Origin: Candidatus Eremiobacteria bacterium
GTDB lineage: Bacteria; Vulcanimicrobiota; Vulcanimicrobiia; Vulcanimicrobiales; Vulcanimicrobiaceae
Reading direction: 5' to 3'
Length of the DNA: 64,000 nt
NCBI GenBank assembly: GCA_963758295.1
Contig: CAVWUU010000003.1
Span: forward strand, 192,001-256,000
Shown here: positions 29,691-39,274 of the stretch, piece after piece
Layout: each line of letters begins with the position of its first letter
Position numbering within the stretch: position 1 is the first letter of the stretch
Translations under genes and position numbers: made by a program
The notes under the pieces: model-generated
Database searches by the model: none
What the model saw: the letters and a program-made list of their open reading frames with translations, nothing else
Told to the model about the DNA's origin: nothing

Positions 29691-30934
29691 CCGCCTTCCT
29701 TCGGATGTAACGCGTCGTAGTCGCGCAGCGATGGGAAAATCAGAGCCCACAGCGCGATAACGGCGAGCGTTGCGCAGCCGCCGGCAATGATAGAAGCGCG
29801 AGTGCCGATCAACGCCGCAAGCGTCCCGGATTCAAAGGCCCCGAGTTCGTTTGAAGCGCCGATGAATACGCCTTCAACCGCGCCCACACGTCCGCGCATG
29901 GCGTCGGGCGTCGTCAACTGCACGAGCGCGCCGCGAATCACCATACTCACCATGTCGAAGCCGCCTGCGATAGCGAGTGCTCCGAAAGAAAGCCAGAAAA
30001 GGTTTGAGGCGCCGAAGACGATGGTGAAAATGCCAAAACCCGCGACGACGAAAAACAATACCGGGCCGGCGTGCCGGCGGATCGGATGCCGCGTAACGTA
30101 GATTGCGACGATCGCAGCGCCGAGCGCCGGCGCGGCGCGCAACACTCCGAATCCGGTTGCGCCCGTGTGCAGAATCTGCGTGGAAACGGCCGGCAAGAGC
30201 GCCGTCGCGCCGCCGAAAAGTACCGCAAAGAGATCGAGCGAGATGGCGCCGAGAATCGTTCGTTGCGTGAAGATGAAACGCACGCCTTCGGTAGCCGATT
30301 GCCATAACGATTCCGCTTGCGTCGCGGCGCTCGGGCGCGCTCGTAAAAACCATGCAGCTACGGCGGAGACGCCGTAAAAGCACGCCGCACATGCGAAAGC
30401 GAGCGGAGTAGAAAAAGCGATCAAAAGTCCGGCCAATGCCGGCCCGGCGATCGTAATGAGCTGCCCCGACGTCGATGCAAGCGCCGAGGCTCGAACGTAG
30501 TCTTCACGGTCGACGATCGTGGCTAGGAGCGATCGTTGCGCCGGCGGCCCGAACGAATGGATGATTCCAACAAGGAGTACGACGGCGAGGTTCAGCGGCA
30601 ACGACGTGACGTGGAACAATGCGAGCGCGATGAAGAATCCGAGCCCGAGCATTTCGCAAAACGGGACGGTGATTGCAATCGTCCGGCGATCGACGTGATC
30701 GGCAAGATATCCGGCGGGAAGCGCCAGAATCAGCTGCGGCAAGAAAAGCAGCAAGCCGACCAGGCCCAAATCAAAGGGCTGGTGGCGGATTGAAAAGACC
30801 TGCCACGCAACGGCGACGTCTTCGATGCCGTAGGCGAGCCACGTCGCACTGCGCGTCAGGAAATACGCCGCAAACTCCGGGTGACGAAAAAGAGCCCGGA
30901 GCGAGCCGGGCTCTTTTCGGTTTTGCGTTGACAC
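29687..30934 (-). CDS. MFS transporter (EntS/H+ antiporter-like)
   Basis: About 12 hydrophobic segments, AGYLADHVDRR, TPDAMRGRV. Confidence 0.88.
   Translation of the reverse strand: MSTQNRKEPGSLRALFRHPEFAAYFLTRSATWLAYGIEDVAVAWQVFSIRHQPFDLGLVGLLLFLPQLILALPAGYLADHVDRRTIAITVPFCEMLGLGFFIALALFHVTSLPLNLAVVLLVGIIHSFGPPAQRSLLATIVDREDYVRASALASTSGQLITIAGPALAGLLIAFSTPLAFACAACFYGVSAVAAWFLRARPSAATQAESLWQSATEGVRFIFTQRTILGAISLDLFAVLFGGATALLPAVSTQILHTGATGFGVLRAAPALGAAIVAIYVTRHPIRRHAGPVLFFVVAGFGIFTIVFGASNLFWLSFGALAIAGGFDMVSMVIRGALVQLTTPDAMRGRVGAVEGVFIGASNELGAFESGTLAALIGTRASIIAGGCATLAVIALWALIFPSLRDYDALHPKEGG
30886..30918 (-). terminator. intrinsic terminator-like hairpin after pepA, inside the MFS 5' end
   Basis: AAAAGAGCCCGG-CTCGCT-CCGGGCTCTTTTT. 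Confidence 0.7.
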
Positions 30935-30944
30935 GCGATCGAGC

Positions 30945-32471
30945 TTAGGCGCTGACTTTCGCGGCGCCGTTCGCGTGCACGACCGGTGCGCCGGCGAGCG
31001 TTTCGACGAACGAAACCAGCGCTCGGACCGGCGTTCCCGTCGGGCCTTTGGCCTGCCATGCCGACTCGTTGTCCAAATACGCGGTTCCTGCGATATCGAG
31101 ATGGATCCACGGCTTGTCGTCGACGAACGACTTCAAGAACGCGCCGGCCGTTAACGTGCCTGCTGCACGGCCGCCGGTGTTCTTCAGGTCGGCGATGTCG
31201 CTCTTCATGGCGTTGGCGTAGTCGTCATAGAGCGGCATTTGCCAGTACCGTTCGCCGGTCGGCTTCGCCGCGCTCAAGAACGATTGAATGAATTCGTCGT
31301 TGTTCGAAACCGCGGCCGATGCAGCATGCCCGAGGGCGACGACGCAAGCGCCGGTAAGCGTTGCGGTGTCGATCATCTTCGTTGCGCCCAGCTTCGCGGC
31401 GTAGCAAAGCGCGTCAGCGAGAATCAAACGGCCTTCGGCATCGGTGTTGATCACTTCGATCGTTTTGCCGTTCATCGCTTTGACGATGTCGCCCGGCTTC
31501 GTCGCCTTGCCGCCCGGCATGTTTTCCGTCGCGGGAACGAGCCCGACAATGTTGATTTTCGGTTTCAACTTTCCGATTGCGGTCATGGCGGCAATGACCG
31601 CTGCGCCGCCCGACATGTCGTACTTCATCTCTTCCATGCGGTCGGGGGGTTTTAGCGAAATGCCGCCGGTGTCGAACGTGATGCCTTTACCAACGAGCGC
31701 GAGCAGCTCTTTGCTGCCCGGATCGCCGTTGTACCGCATAACGATGAACTTCGGCGGTTGCGCGCTGCCTTGCGCGACCGAAAGAAACGATCCCATGCCT
31801 TCGTTGCGTGCGCGCGCTTCATCCAACACTTCCACGTCCAGGCCGGCGTCTTTCGCCGCGCGCGTTGCTTCGTCGGCAAGAATCGTCGGCGTCATGTCGC
31901 TCGCCGGCGTGACCGCGAGACGGCGCGCGAAGTTCACCGCTTCGCCGACCACGATGCCGCGGTCGAGACCTGCTTGTGCCGCTCCATTATCGAGGTCGTT
32001 GAAGAGTACGGTGACGGTGTTTACCTCAAGGCGCGAATCGGGCTTTTCTTGATAGATGGATGTTTGGAACGTTCCGGCGATCGCACCTTCGGCGACGAAC
32101 GACGCGCATTCGGTTTCGTGCCCGGCGACCTGCGCCGGAAGCGCAATCGCGATTTCGCCGACGTTTTTGCGCCCGAGATTGCGCACGGCCGTACCCGCGT
32201 AACGCGCGAGCAATTGCGGCTCGAACTTTGCGCTTTCGCCCAAACCAACGATGAGCACCCGGTGGAACGGCTGATCTTTCGCGTGAACGAGTGCCGTTTC
32301 GTTGGGTTTGCCTTTAATTTCGCCCGACGACAACACGTCGGCGATCGCGCCACCGAGGACGGAATCGACGGCCTTTGCCGCACCGGTCAGTTCTCCGTCG
32401 GAAAACACCGGAACGACCAATGCTCCGGCGTGAACTGCTGCCGGCGCATCTTGAGCGATACGGACTTGCAT
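30945..32471 (-). CDS. pepA: leucyl aminopeptidase
   Basis: VGKGITFDTGG, MKYDMSG, NTDAEGRL, ATLTGA, HLDIAG. Confidence 0.95.
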   Translation of the reverse strand: MQVRIAQDAPAAVHAGALVVPVFSDGELTGAAKAVDSVLGGAIADVLSSGEIKGKPNETALVHAKDQPFHRVLIVGLGESAKFEPQLLARYAGTAVRNLGRKNVGEIAIALPAQVAGHETECASFVAEGAIAGTFQTSIYQEKPDSRLEVNTVTVLFNDLDNGAAQAGLDRGIVVGEAVNFARRLAVTPASDMTPTILADEATRAAKDAGLDVEVLDEARARNEGMGSFLSVAQGSAQPPKFIVMRYNGDPGSKELLALVGKGITFDTGGISLKPPDRMEEMKYDMSGGAAVIAAMTAIGKLKPKINIVGLVPATENMPGGKATKPGDIVKAMNGKTIEVINTDAEGRLILADALCYAAKLGATKMIDTATLTGACVVALGHAASAAVSNNDEFIQSFLSAAKPTGERYWQMPLYDDYANAMKSDIADLKNTGGRAAGTLTAGAFLKSFVDDKPWIHLDIAGTAYLDNESAWQAKGPTGTPVRALVSFVETLAGAPVVHANGAAKVSA

Positions 32472-32570
32472 GGTCAACCTTTCAAGTGGGTGAACTACTG
32501 CGCCTGATATGGCGAAGAATTTTGGAGTTTGTTCGTGCGTTGAGGCGCACCGGCCCTGCGGGAGGCGAAA

Positions 32571-33605
32571 ATGAGCGATGAAAGTCGCACGCAGGACGCA
32601 TACGCGCGCGCCGGCGTCGATATCGCGGCCGGCAACGAGGCGGTGGCGCGCTATAAAGGCGTGCTGGGTGCCTGGCGCCACCCCGATCAGCTCGATGCTA
32701 TAGGCGGCTTTGGCGGCGTCTTCCGGCTCCCGGGCGGGGGAGAACAGGCCTTGGTTGCCTCGGCAGACGGCGTAGGCACCAAAATTCTGATCGCGGCGGA
32801 GCTTCAACGCTACGACGGCGTGGGACGCGATCTGGTGAACCATTGCGTCAACGATATTCTCGTCGTCAACGCGTCGCCGATGTTTTTCCTTGATTATCTC
32901 GCGGTCGGTAAACTCGATCCCGAGATCGCGGCGCAAGTCGTGCAGGGATGCGCGCAAGCATGCCGCGCACACAATTGTGCGCTGCTCGGCGGCGAAACGG
33001 CGGAGATGCCGGGATTATATTCTCCCGGGCATTTCGATCTGGCCGGCACGATCGTCGGCATCGTGAACGTCAACGATGTCCCGGCGCCCGAAACAATTGA
33101 AACGGGCGACGCGATAATCGGACTGCCGGCAGTAGGCCTTCATACGAACGGCTATTCTCTGGCGCGCGCGCTTATTGCGCCCGACGAATGGAACGCGCCC
33201 TTTAACGGCACGACGTACGCCGACGCGCTGCTCGCCGAACATCCGTCATACTATGACGCGGTGCGCGCGATTCAAAAAGTAGCGCGCGTAAAGACGATGT
33301 CGCACATTACCGGCGGCGGTTTACTGGAAAACGTCCCCCGCACGCTGCCGGCAAACGTCAAAGCCGTTTTCGAACAAGCGCGTTGGAAAGTGCCGCCCAT
33401 CATGCAAGAGCTTGTGCGGCGCGGGAAACTTCAACACGAGGAGAAGTATCGCACGCTCAACATGGGGATCGGATACACGCTTGTCGTCCCGCTCGCCGAC
33501 GCGCAAAAGGCCGTCGACGCAGCGCAAGGCGCGAAGGTGGTCGGTTGGATCGAGGCGCGCAATGACGATGAGCCGCAGGTCTTGATTCACGAGGCGCGGT
33601 CATGA
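32571..33605 (+). CDS. purM: AIR synthetase
   Basis: YARAGVDI, DGVGTK, GGETAEMPG, HTNGYSL, HITGGG. Confidence 0.96.
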   Translation: MSDESRTQDAYARAGVDIAAGNEAVARYKGVLGAWRHPDQLDAIGGFGGVFRLPGGGEQALVASADGVGTKILIAAELQRYDGVGRDLVNHCVNDILVVNASPMFFLDYLAVGKLDPEIAAQVVQGCAQACRAHNCALLGGETAEMPGLYSPGHFDLAGTIVGIVNVNDVPAPETIETGDAIIGLPAVGLHTNGYSLARALIAPDEWNAPFNGTTYADALLAEHPSYYDAVRAIQKVARVKTMSHITGGGLLENVPRTLPANVKAVFEQARWKVPPIMQELVRRGKLQHEEKYRTLNMGIGYTLVVPLADAQKAVDAAQGAKVVGWIEARNDDEPQVLIHEARS

Positions 33606-33937
33606 GCGGCGATGCTTTGCTCAAAGGAATTACCGCCGCGGCAACGGCGGAAGGCCAGACGCGTGAAGAGCGCGCGCAGCACGTGGCGCAAATCGTGCGG
33701 GATCGCCGCAGTTATAAGTGGGTCGGCGTTTTCGACGTAGACGAAAACGAAGAAGGCGTTTTGCTCGGCGAAGCGGGCAACGGTCCCTCCGGCGATCATT
33801 TGAGCATGCCGATCCTGGGACCGGAAACCGGGGCGCTTATGGGGACGCTCGACGTCGAAGGACGCGAAGATCTCACGCACGACGACGAAATCTTCCTCGA
33901 AGACTGCAGCGCTGCGCTTCTGGCGATCTACGAATAG
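33602..33937 (+). CDS. small truncated GAF-like protein
   Basis: YKWVGVF, SMPIL, GTLDV; ATGA-coupled to purM. Confidence 0.55.
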   Translation: MSGDALLKGITAAATAEGQTREERAQHVAQIVRDRRSYKWVGVFDVDENEEGVLLGEAGNGPSGDHLSMPILGPETGALMGTLDVEGREDLTHDDEIFLEDCSAALLAIYE

Positions 33938-33940
33938 CCG

Positions 33941-35074
33941 TTGACCGAAATGCTGAATCTGCTCGTCGAACTCGACGAGCGTTTTGACGAGGCCGCGAGC
34001 GCAGCCGCATTGCAAACTATCGAAAATGCCGGCTTTGACGTTCGCGACGCTCACGGCGCCGACGATCGAACCCTCGCATGGATCGACGACGTCTTCGGCG
34101 GCGCCTGGAGTTCGGAGGCAAACGCTTCAAGCAACATCGTTGCGACGAAGGACGGCGCTCCCGTCGGGTTTGCGAGTTACGATCCCGCGGAGTTACGTTT
34201 CGCGTGGTTACGCGGCGCCGCTGCGCAGGATGACACGGCGGTCTTCGGACCGTTCGGCGTCGATCCGGCGCACCGGGGCGGACCGCTCGGGCCGGCGTTA
34301 TTGACGGCAGCGCTGGCAGGGCTTCGCTCGCGCGGCGCGCGCAGTGCCTGCATTGCAGCCGTCGGAAACCGTAAACTCGTCGAGTACTATGCGCGTCACG
34401 CACGAGCTCGCGTCGCTGAAGAGTTCGATTTGCGTTCGTTTACGCCGAAACCGGTTCGCACGGTGGTTCTCGCCTCCGGAAGCGGGTCCAATTTTCAGTC
34501 GGTGCTGGACCGCGTGGCAGACGGATCGTTGCCGCTCGAGATGCGAGCCTTGGTTTCGAATAAATCGTCGGCGTTTGCCATCGAGCGCGCGAATTTGGCG
34601 AACGTGCCGCACGTGCACGTGTTGCCGTGGAAGCGTGCCGAACAAACGCGTGAAGCGTACGACGAACTGCTTTTAGAGACCGTCGCCGCGGAAGAGCCGC
34701 AACTCGTGCTGTTGCTGGGATGGATGCATCTGTTGGCGCCCTCGTTCGTCACGGCGTTCCCGGAACTCATCAACGTGCACCCCGCGTTCTTGCCGCTTGA
34801 TTCGAGTTGCGATTTCGTCGGCATGCCCGACGGTGCGACGATCCCGGCATTTCGCGGAGCGTTTGCCGTGCGCGACGCCCTCCAAGCCGCGAGTCCATGG
34901 ATCGGCGCGAGCGTGCATGTGGTAACGCCGATAGCGGATCGCGGCCCGATTCTTGTTCGCAAACCGTTGCGCGTGCAAGCCGATGAAACCGAGGAGCGGT
35001 TGCTGGAACGCTTGCATCCGGTCGAGCATTCGTTGGTAGAACGCGGCATTCGCCGATGGCTTTACGAGCGCTAA
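33941..35074 (+). CDS. purN: GNAT-like domain fused to phosphoribosylglycinamide formyltransferase
   Basis: FGPFGVDPAHRGGPLGPALL (GNAT motif A); LASGSGSNFQ, GWMHLL, INVHP, DRGPIL. Confidence 0.85.
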   Translation: MTEMLNLLVELDERFDEAASAAALQTIENAGFDVRDAHGADDRTLAWIDDVFGGAWSSEANASSNIVATKDGAPVGFASYDPAELRFAWLRGAAAQDDTAVFGPFGVDPAHRGGPLGPALLTAALAGLRSRGARSACIAAVGNRKLVEYYARHARARVAEEFDLRSFTPKPVRTVVLASGSGSNFQSVLDRVADGSLPLEMRALVSNKSSAFAIERANLANVPHVHVLPWKRAEQTREAYDELLLETVAAEEPQLVLLLGWMHLLAPSFVTAFPELINVHPAFLPLDSSCDFVGMPDGATIPAFRGAFAVRDALQAASPWIGASVHVVTPIADRGPILVRKPLRVQADETEERLLERLHPVEHSLVERGIRRWLYER

Positions 35075-35156
35075 AGCGAGCAGCGGGTTCGCTGTCTATC
35101 CGCGCGGCGCGGGTAGAATCTTCCGGCATAAAATCTCTAGCATAAGGAGATCGTTC

Positions 35157-35630
35157 GTGAGAAAAACTACCATTGCGTTCGCTGCCCTGCTTGCGGGAGC
35201 GTTGAGCGTAGGAATCGCGCCGGCGCAGGAAACCGCTCCGCCGCCGCCCGCTGGGACGACGACGCAACAAACGACAACCACCACAACCACAACGACGAAC
35301 AACGACACCGATACCACCGTCGATCCGGCGGACGTAGGTCCCAACAATCAGTACGGCGATCCGATCTGCGGCACATGGACAAACGGAACTTGGACGGATA
35401 ACGGCCATTGCCCGGGCTATGCCGTCGGCCCGCGCCGCTCGCACGTTGTCGGGACAATCACCGCCGTTAAGGGGCATCTGGTAACCGTTCAGCAGTCGAC
35501 CAAGACCGTTGTCATCAACGACACGCCGGCGTTAAACAATCAAACCACCGGCAAAGTGGCCGTGGGACGTCAGATCGATGCCTATGGATACTGGAAAGAC
35601 GGCAACTTTTACGCGACGCACATTCTCTAA
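35157..35630 (+). CDS. secreted protein with Thr-rich linker and beta-rich C-terminal domain
   Basis: TAAGGAG SD, signal peptide, poly-Thr tract. Confidence 0.7.
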   Translation: MRKTTIAFAALLAGALSVGIAPAQETAPPPPAGTTTQQTTTTTTTTTNNDTDTTVDPADVGPNNQYGDPICGTWTNGTWTDNGHCPGYAVGPRRSHVVGTITAVKGHLVTVQQSTKTVVINDTPALNNQTTGKVAVGRQIDAYGYWKDGNFYATHIL

Positions 35631-36616
35631 ATACGACCGTCGCTAACGGGGGAGACCGGCTCGCTTCGCGGGCCGGTTTCTTTTTCGTTTAGGATTGCTC
35701 CGAGCAACTCCGCCACTTGGCTCGCTTCCGCCAGAAAGGCATCGTGTCCGTGATCGCTCGCAAGCTCGAAATACGGCGCGTTGAAACGGTGCGCCGTCTC
35801 CTCGATGTCTCGTGGACGGAAAAGCCAATCCGAGCTAATGCCTATGAAACTAAGCGGGGCGCATTCATCGTGCACGCGGTCGCGAACGTCGAAGGAATCC
35901 ATCGCGTGTGTAAGCGCTACGTAGGACGATGATTCCATTCGATCGCGGAATTTGTGCGCCTGATGGTTAAGATACCCTTCGACGTCGAATAAATCGGGGT
36001 TCGTGCGGTCGCGCCGACGGCCGTGCCGCGTTTCCAGCAGGTCTTCCGATTTGTACGTAAGCATTGCAACTTTGCGCGCGAGGCCGAGGCCTCGTTCGGG
36101 ATCGAGTTCGATGCATTCCCGTTGAATCGCGTTGAGGGCAACGGCCATCGGCGTACACCGGTCGTGGGCGCCGATAATGACAGCTCGTCCGACGTCGTGA
36201 GGAGCATCGAGTGCCCATTGAAACGCCTGCATGCCGCCGACGGATCCGCCGGTGACGACCGCGAGGCGCGATAGTCCAAGTGCAGTCAACGCCATCCGCT
36301 GCGCGCGCACGATATCGCGGATCGTGATGCGCGGAAATTTCGTCGCGCCTGACGGTTGCGTAGAGCCGTAACAACTGCCCAGCGCGTTGATCCCTACGAC
36401 GCACCAATGCGCGGGATCGAAAAATGCGCCCGGTCCGGCAATCCCGGGCCACCATTCCATCACGCGACTCGATCCGGTGAGAGCGTGCGGGATGAGGACG
36501 ACGTTCCCGCCGTCCTCCGCCGCATCTCCGTAGATCGTCACTCGCTGCTCGACTGCCGGAAGCACCGTCCCGTTCTCCAGCGGCAAGGCGCCGATACAAA
36601 CGGTCTTTTCGATCAC
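35627..36616 (-). CDS. metX: homoserine O-acetyltransferase
   Basis: HALTGS, GSCYGST, GGSVGGMQA, SSDWLF, HGHDAFL. Confidence 0.9.
   Translation of the reverse strand: MIEKTVCIGALPLENGTVLPAVEQRVTIYGDAAEDGGNVVLIPHALTGSSRVMEWWPGIAGPGAFFDPAHWCVVGINALGSCYGSTQPSGATKFPRITIRDIVRAQRMALTALGLSRLAVVTGGSVGGMQAFQWALDAPHDVGRAVIIGAHDRCTPMAVALNAIQRECIELDPERGLGLARKVAMLTYKSEDLLETRHGRRRDRTNPDLFDVEGYLNHQAHKFRDRMESSSYVALTHAMDSFDVRDRVHDECAPLSFIGISSDWLFRPRDIEETAHRFNAPYFELASDHGHDAFLAEASQVAELLGAILNEKETGPRSEPVSPVSDGRI
35652..35685 (+). terminator. intrinsic terminator
   Basis: GAGACCGGCTCG..CGGGCCGGTTTC followed by a T-run; overlaps the metX 3' end on the other strand. Confidence 0.65.
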
Positions 36617-37914
36617 GCGCTTGCGTCGAGAGATCGAGCGAGATCGCCAATGATGTCGCGCTTGTCTTCGATTCCGACGGACAGCCGGATCGTCGATCCG
36701 GTTACGCCGCTTTGCAGCCGCTCTTCGTCGCTGAGCTGCTGATGCGTCGTACTCGCAGGATGAATCACCAGCGATTTTGCGTCACCGACGTTGGCAAGCA
36801 GCGAGAAAAGTTGCAGCCGGTCGATAAACGAACGAGCCTCGCGTTCTCCGCCATCGATTTCAAACGTCAGAATCGCTCCGGAACCTTCCGGTAAGTAGCG
36901 CTTCGCGCGAGCGCCGGCGGCATCGTTGCGAAGGCCGGGATAAGACACAGCCTTTACTTTCGGGTGAGCGGCGAGGAATTCTGCAACGGCGAGCGCGTTG
37001 CTGCTGTGGCGCTCCACGCGAAGCGCCAGCGTCTCGAGGCCCTGAAGCAGCAGCCACGCATTGAAGGGCGAAAGAGCCGCGCCGACGTCGCGCAGCAATT
37101 GGACCCGCGCTTTCAAGATGTAGGCGATGTTGCCGAAGACGCGTGCGTATTGCAATCCGTGATAAGACGGATCCGGGTCTACGAATTCCGCGAAGCGCTC
37201 CGCATTGGCCCAGTCGAAGGTTCCACCGTCTACGATGACGCCGCCGATGGCGGTGCCGTGGCCGCCGATGAATTTCGTCGCCGAATGTACGACGATGTCG
37301 GCGCCGTGTTCGATGGGCCGGAGCAGAACCGGCGTCGCCAGCGTGTTGTCGACAATGAAAGGCAACCCGTTTCGATGCGCGATATCCGCGAATAGTGCGA
37401 CGTCGAGTACGTCGATTTTGGGATTGCCGATAGTCTCGGCAAAGATGGCCTTGGTGTTCGGCCGGATCGCCGCTTCCACGGCGGAGGGGTCGTTGAAGTT
37501 CACGAGGCTCACCTCGATTCCGAACCGCTTGAGTGTATGCGCGAACGCGTTGTACGTTCCGCCGTACAGCGAGGAAGAACTGACAATGTGATCGCCCGCT
37601 TTTGCAAGCGTGAGAATCGAGTAGACGACAGCGGCCTGGCCGCTCGCGACGGCAAGAGCTGCGGCGCCTTTTTCCAGTGCCGCTAGGCGCTGTTCGAGAA
37701 CGTCGGTCGTGGGGTTGTTGATCCGCGTGTAGATATTTCCAAACTCTTCAAGGGCGAAGAGTTTTCCGGCGTGTTCGGTGGAGTCGAAGAGATACGACGT
37801 CGTCTGGTAGATGGGCACGGCGCGCGCTTTGGTGGCGGGATCGCCGTTGTGGCCGCCATGGATGGCGATAGTATTGAATTGCTGTTGGAGCGGAGATTCA
37901 AGGGTAGTGCTCAC
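36613..37914 (-). CDS. metY: O-acetylhomoserine sulfhydrylase
   Basis: PIYQTTSY, GNIYTRINNPT, HSATKFIGGHG, LANVGDAKSLVIHPASTTHQQL; GTG start after a GGAAAGGA SD. Confidence 0.92.
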   Translation of the reverse strand: MSTTLESPLQQQFNTIAIHGGHNGDPATKARAVPIYQTTSYLFDSTEHAGKLFALEEFGNIYTRINNPTTDVLEQRLAALEKGAAALAVASGQAAVVYSILTLAKAGDHIVSSSSLYGGTYNAFAHTLKRFGIEVSLVNFNDPSAVEAAIRPNTKAIFAETIGNPKIDVLDVALFADIAHRNGLPFIVDNTLATPVLLRPIEHGADIVVHSATKFIGGHGTAIGGVIVDGGTFDWANAERFAEFVDPDPSYHGLQYARVFGNIAYILKARVQLLRDVGAALSPFNAWLLLQGLETLALRVERHSSNALAVAEFLAAHPKVKAVSYPGLRNDAAGARAKRYLPEGSGAILTFEIDGGEREARSFIDRLQLFSLLANVGDAKSLVIHPASTTHQQLSDEERLQSGVTGSTIRLSVGIEDKRDIIGDLARSLDASA

Positions 37915-37921
37915 TGAGGTA

Positions 37922-39082
37922 TTATCCTTTCCCGGCAATGAGTGCGTCCGGTTCGGACGATGCCGGCGCGTCGGTGAGTGGTTTGAGGCAACGTTCGTCC
38001 CACACGCGATAGCGTGGGAGTTTCGCATGGGACCGCAACTCCGAAAAGAGCGGTAAGACTTCGAATGCCGGCGCAAGCGAGTGCCGCTGCGCGCGGTAGG
38101 TTAGGTCGTGGCGTTCGCCGATGGCGCGCAGCGCGCTCACGGCATCGCCGAGTACCGCGGAAGCAGTAGCGCGGCCGCCGGCGCCGACTCCGTGCAGAAG
38201 AAGCGAACCGGCATCGCGCGCCTCTACGTGCACGGCATTTTCCGCGCCGCGAGCCCGTGCGAAGGGATGCTCGCGTGGAACGAGCACTGGCGCAACTTCT
38301 GCTGCAACGCCCGTAGACGTGGCACGGGCCGCCGCAAGCAGGCGGATACGGAAACCAAGCCGGTCCGCAAACTGCACGTCGGCGCGCGTTATGCCGGTGA
38401 TTCCACGGTGTCGAATGCGCGGCGAGATGACCGCAAGTCCGAACGCGAGCTGAACTAGTACGGCAAGCTTATGCGTCGCATCCGTGCCGTCCACGTCGTA
38501 TGCCGGATCGGCCTCGGCGAAGCCGAGCTGCTGCGCTTTCGCGAGTGCTTCCTCGAATTCGGCCCCGCCTTCCATTGCGCTCAGAACGTACGTGCATGTG
38601 CCGTTCACGACGCCTGCGAGCGCGTGGGTGCGATCTCCGGCAAGGGCCTCGTCCAGCATCCGAACGATCGGAACGGCGCCGCAAACGGCCGCCTCATAAC
38701 GCATGGTAACGCGTCGCGCATCGGCGAGGGCCCGCAGGCGCGGTCCTTGCGTCGCAAGCAGATCTTTATTGGCCGTAACGACGTGGCGTCCGCGATCGAG
38801 CGCGCGTTCGATGAGCTCTGCGGCGTCGGTAGTGCCGCCGATGCACTCGATCAATAGATCGACGAGCGGATCGTCGATTAGCGCGTGCGGATCAGAAGTG
38901 AGAAGGGAATGCGGAATTGCGGCCGTGCGTGGTTTTGCGGTATCGCGAACGGCAATGCCGCGAAGCGTGAAACGAACGCCGCTCCGGCGTTCTAAGGCGT
39001 CGCTTTCGGTTAGCAAACGTTCGGCGACGGCCGTTCCGACCGTGCCGCACCCAAGCAAACCGATGCCTAAAGTCCATTGCAT
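37922..39082 (-). CDS. hom: homoserine dehydrogenase, no recognisable ACT domain
   Basis: GLLGCGTVG, VVTANK, YEAAVCGAVP, NGTCTY, GFAEADP, GAGG..TASAV. Confidence 0.92.
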   Translation of the reverse strand: MQWTLGIGLLGCGTVGTAVAERLLTESDALERRSGVRFTLRGIAVRDTAKPRTAAIPHSLLTSDPHALIDDPLVDLLIECIGGTTDAAELIERALDRGRHVVTANKDLLATQGPRLRALADARRVTMRYEAAVCGAVPIVRMLDEALAGDRTHALAGVVNGTCTYVLSAMEGGAEFEEALAKAQQLGFAEADPAYDVDGTDATHKLAVLVQLAFGLAVISPRIRHRGITGITRADVQFADRLGFRIRLLAAARATSTGVAAEVAPVLVPREHPFARARGAENAVHVEARDAGSLLLHGVGAGGRATASAVLGDAVSALRAIGERHDLTYRAQRHSLAPAFEVLPLFSELRSHAKLPRYRVWDERCLKPLTDAPASSEPDALIAGKG

Positions 39083-39114
39083 TCCGTGCTTCCTTTTGAG
39101 ACGGGAAAGCGAGG

Positions 39115-39150
39115 AAACAAAAATGCCCCGCCGGTTCTCCGGCGGGGCAT
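39115..39150 (-). terminator. attenuator-type intrinsic terminator upstream of hom
   Basis: ATGCCCCGCCGG-AGAA-CCGGCGGGGCAT-TTTTGTTT, perfect 12-bp stem. Confidence 0.9.
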
Positions 39151-39186
39151 CTGTGAAACTCGATTGGTGCTCTTACATGAAGCCTT

Positions 39187-39267
39187 TCATCGGTTCACGA
39201 CGTTGCCCGCCGGGTGCATTTGCATCCAACACATGGGGCGCATCGTGGCGACGAAGCTTGCTAACAT
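39187..39267 (-). CDS. putative leaderless Met-rich leader peptide, 26 aa
   Basis: MLASFVATMRPMCWMQMHPAGNVVNR*, 5 Met and 1 Cys; its 3' half is complementary to the terminator 5' arm. Confidence 0.75.
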   Translation of the reverse strand: MLASFVATMRPMCWMQMHPAGNVVNR

Positions 39268-39274
39268 TTCGGAA

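Noticed and set aside
32472..32972. Extended pepA ORF, and similar extensions of purD, cydB, qcrA, qcrB and metY
   Set aside because: They overlap neighbouring real genes; family homology begins at the downstream starts.
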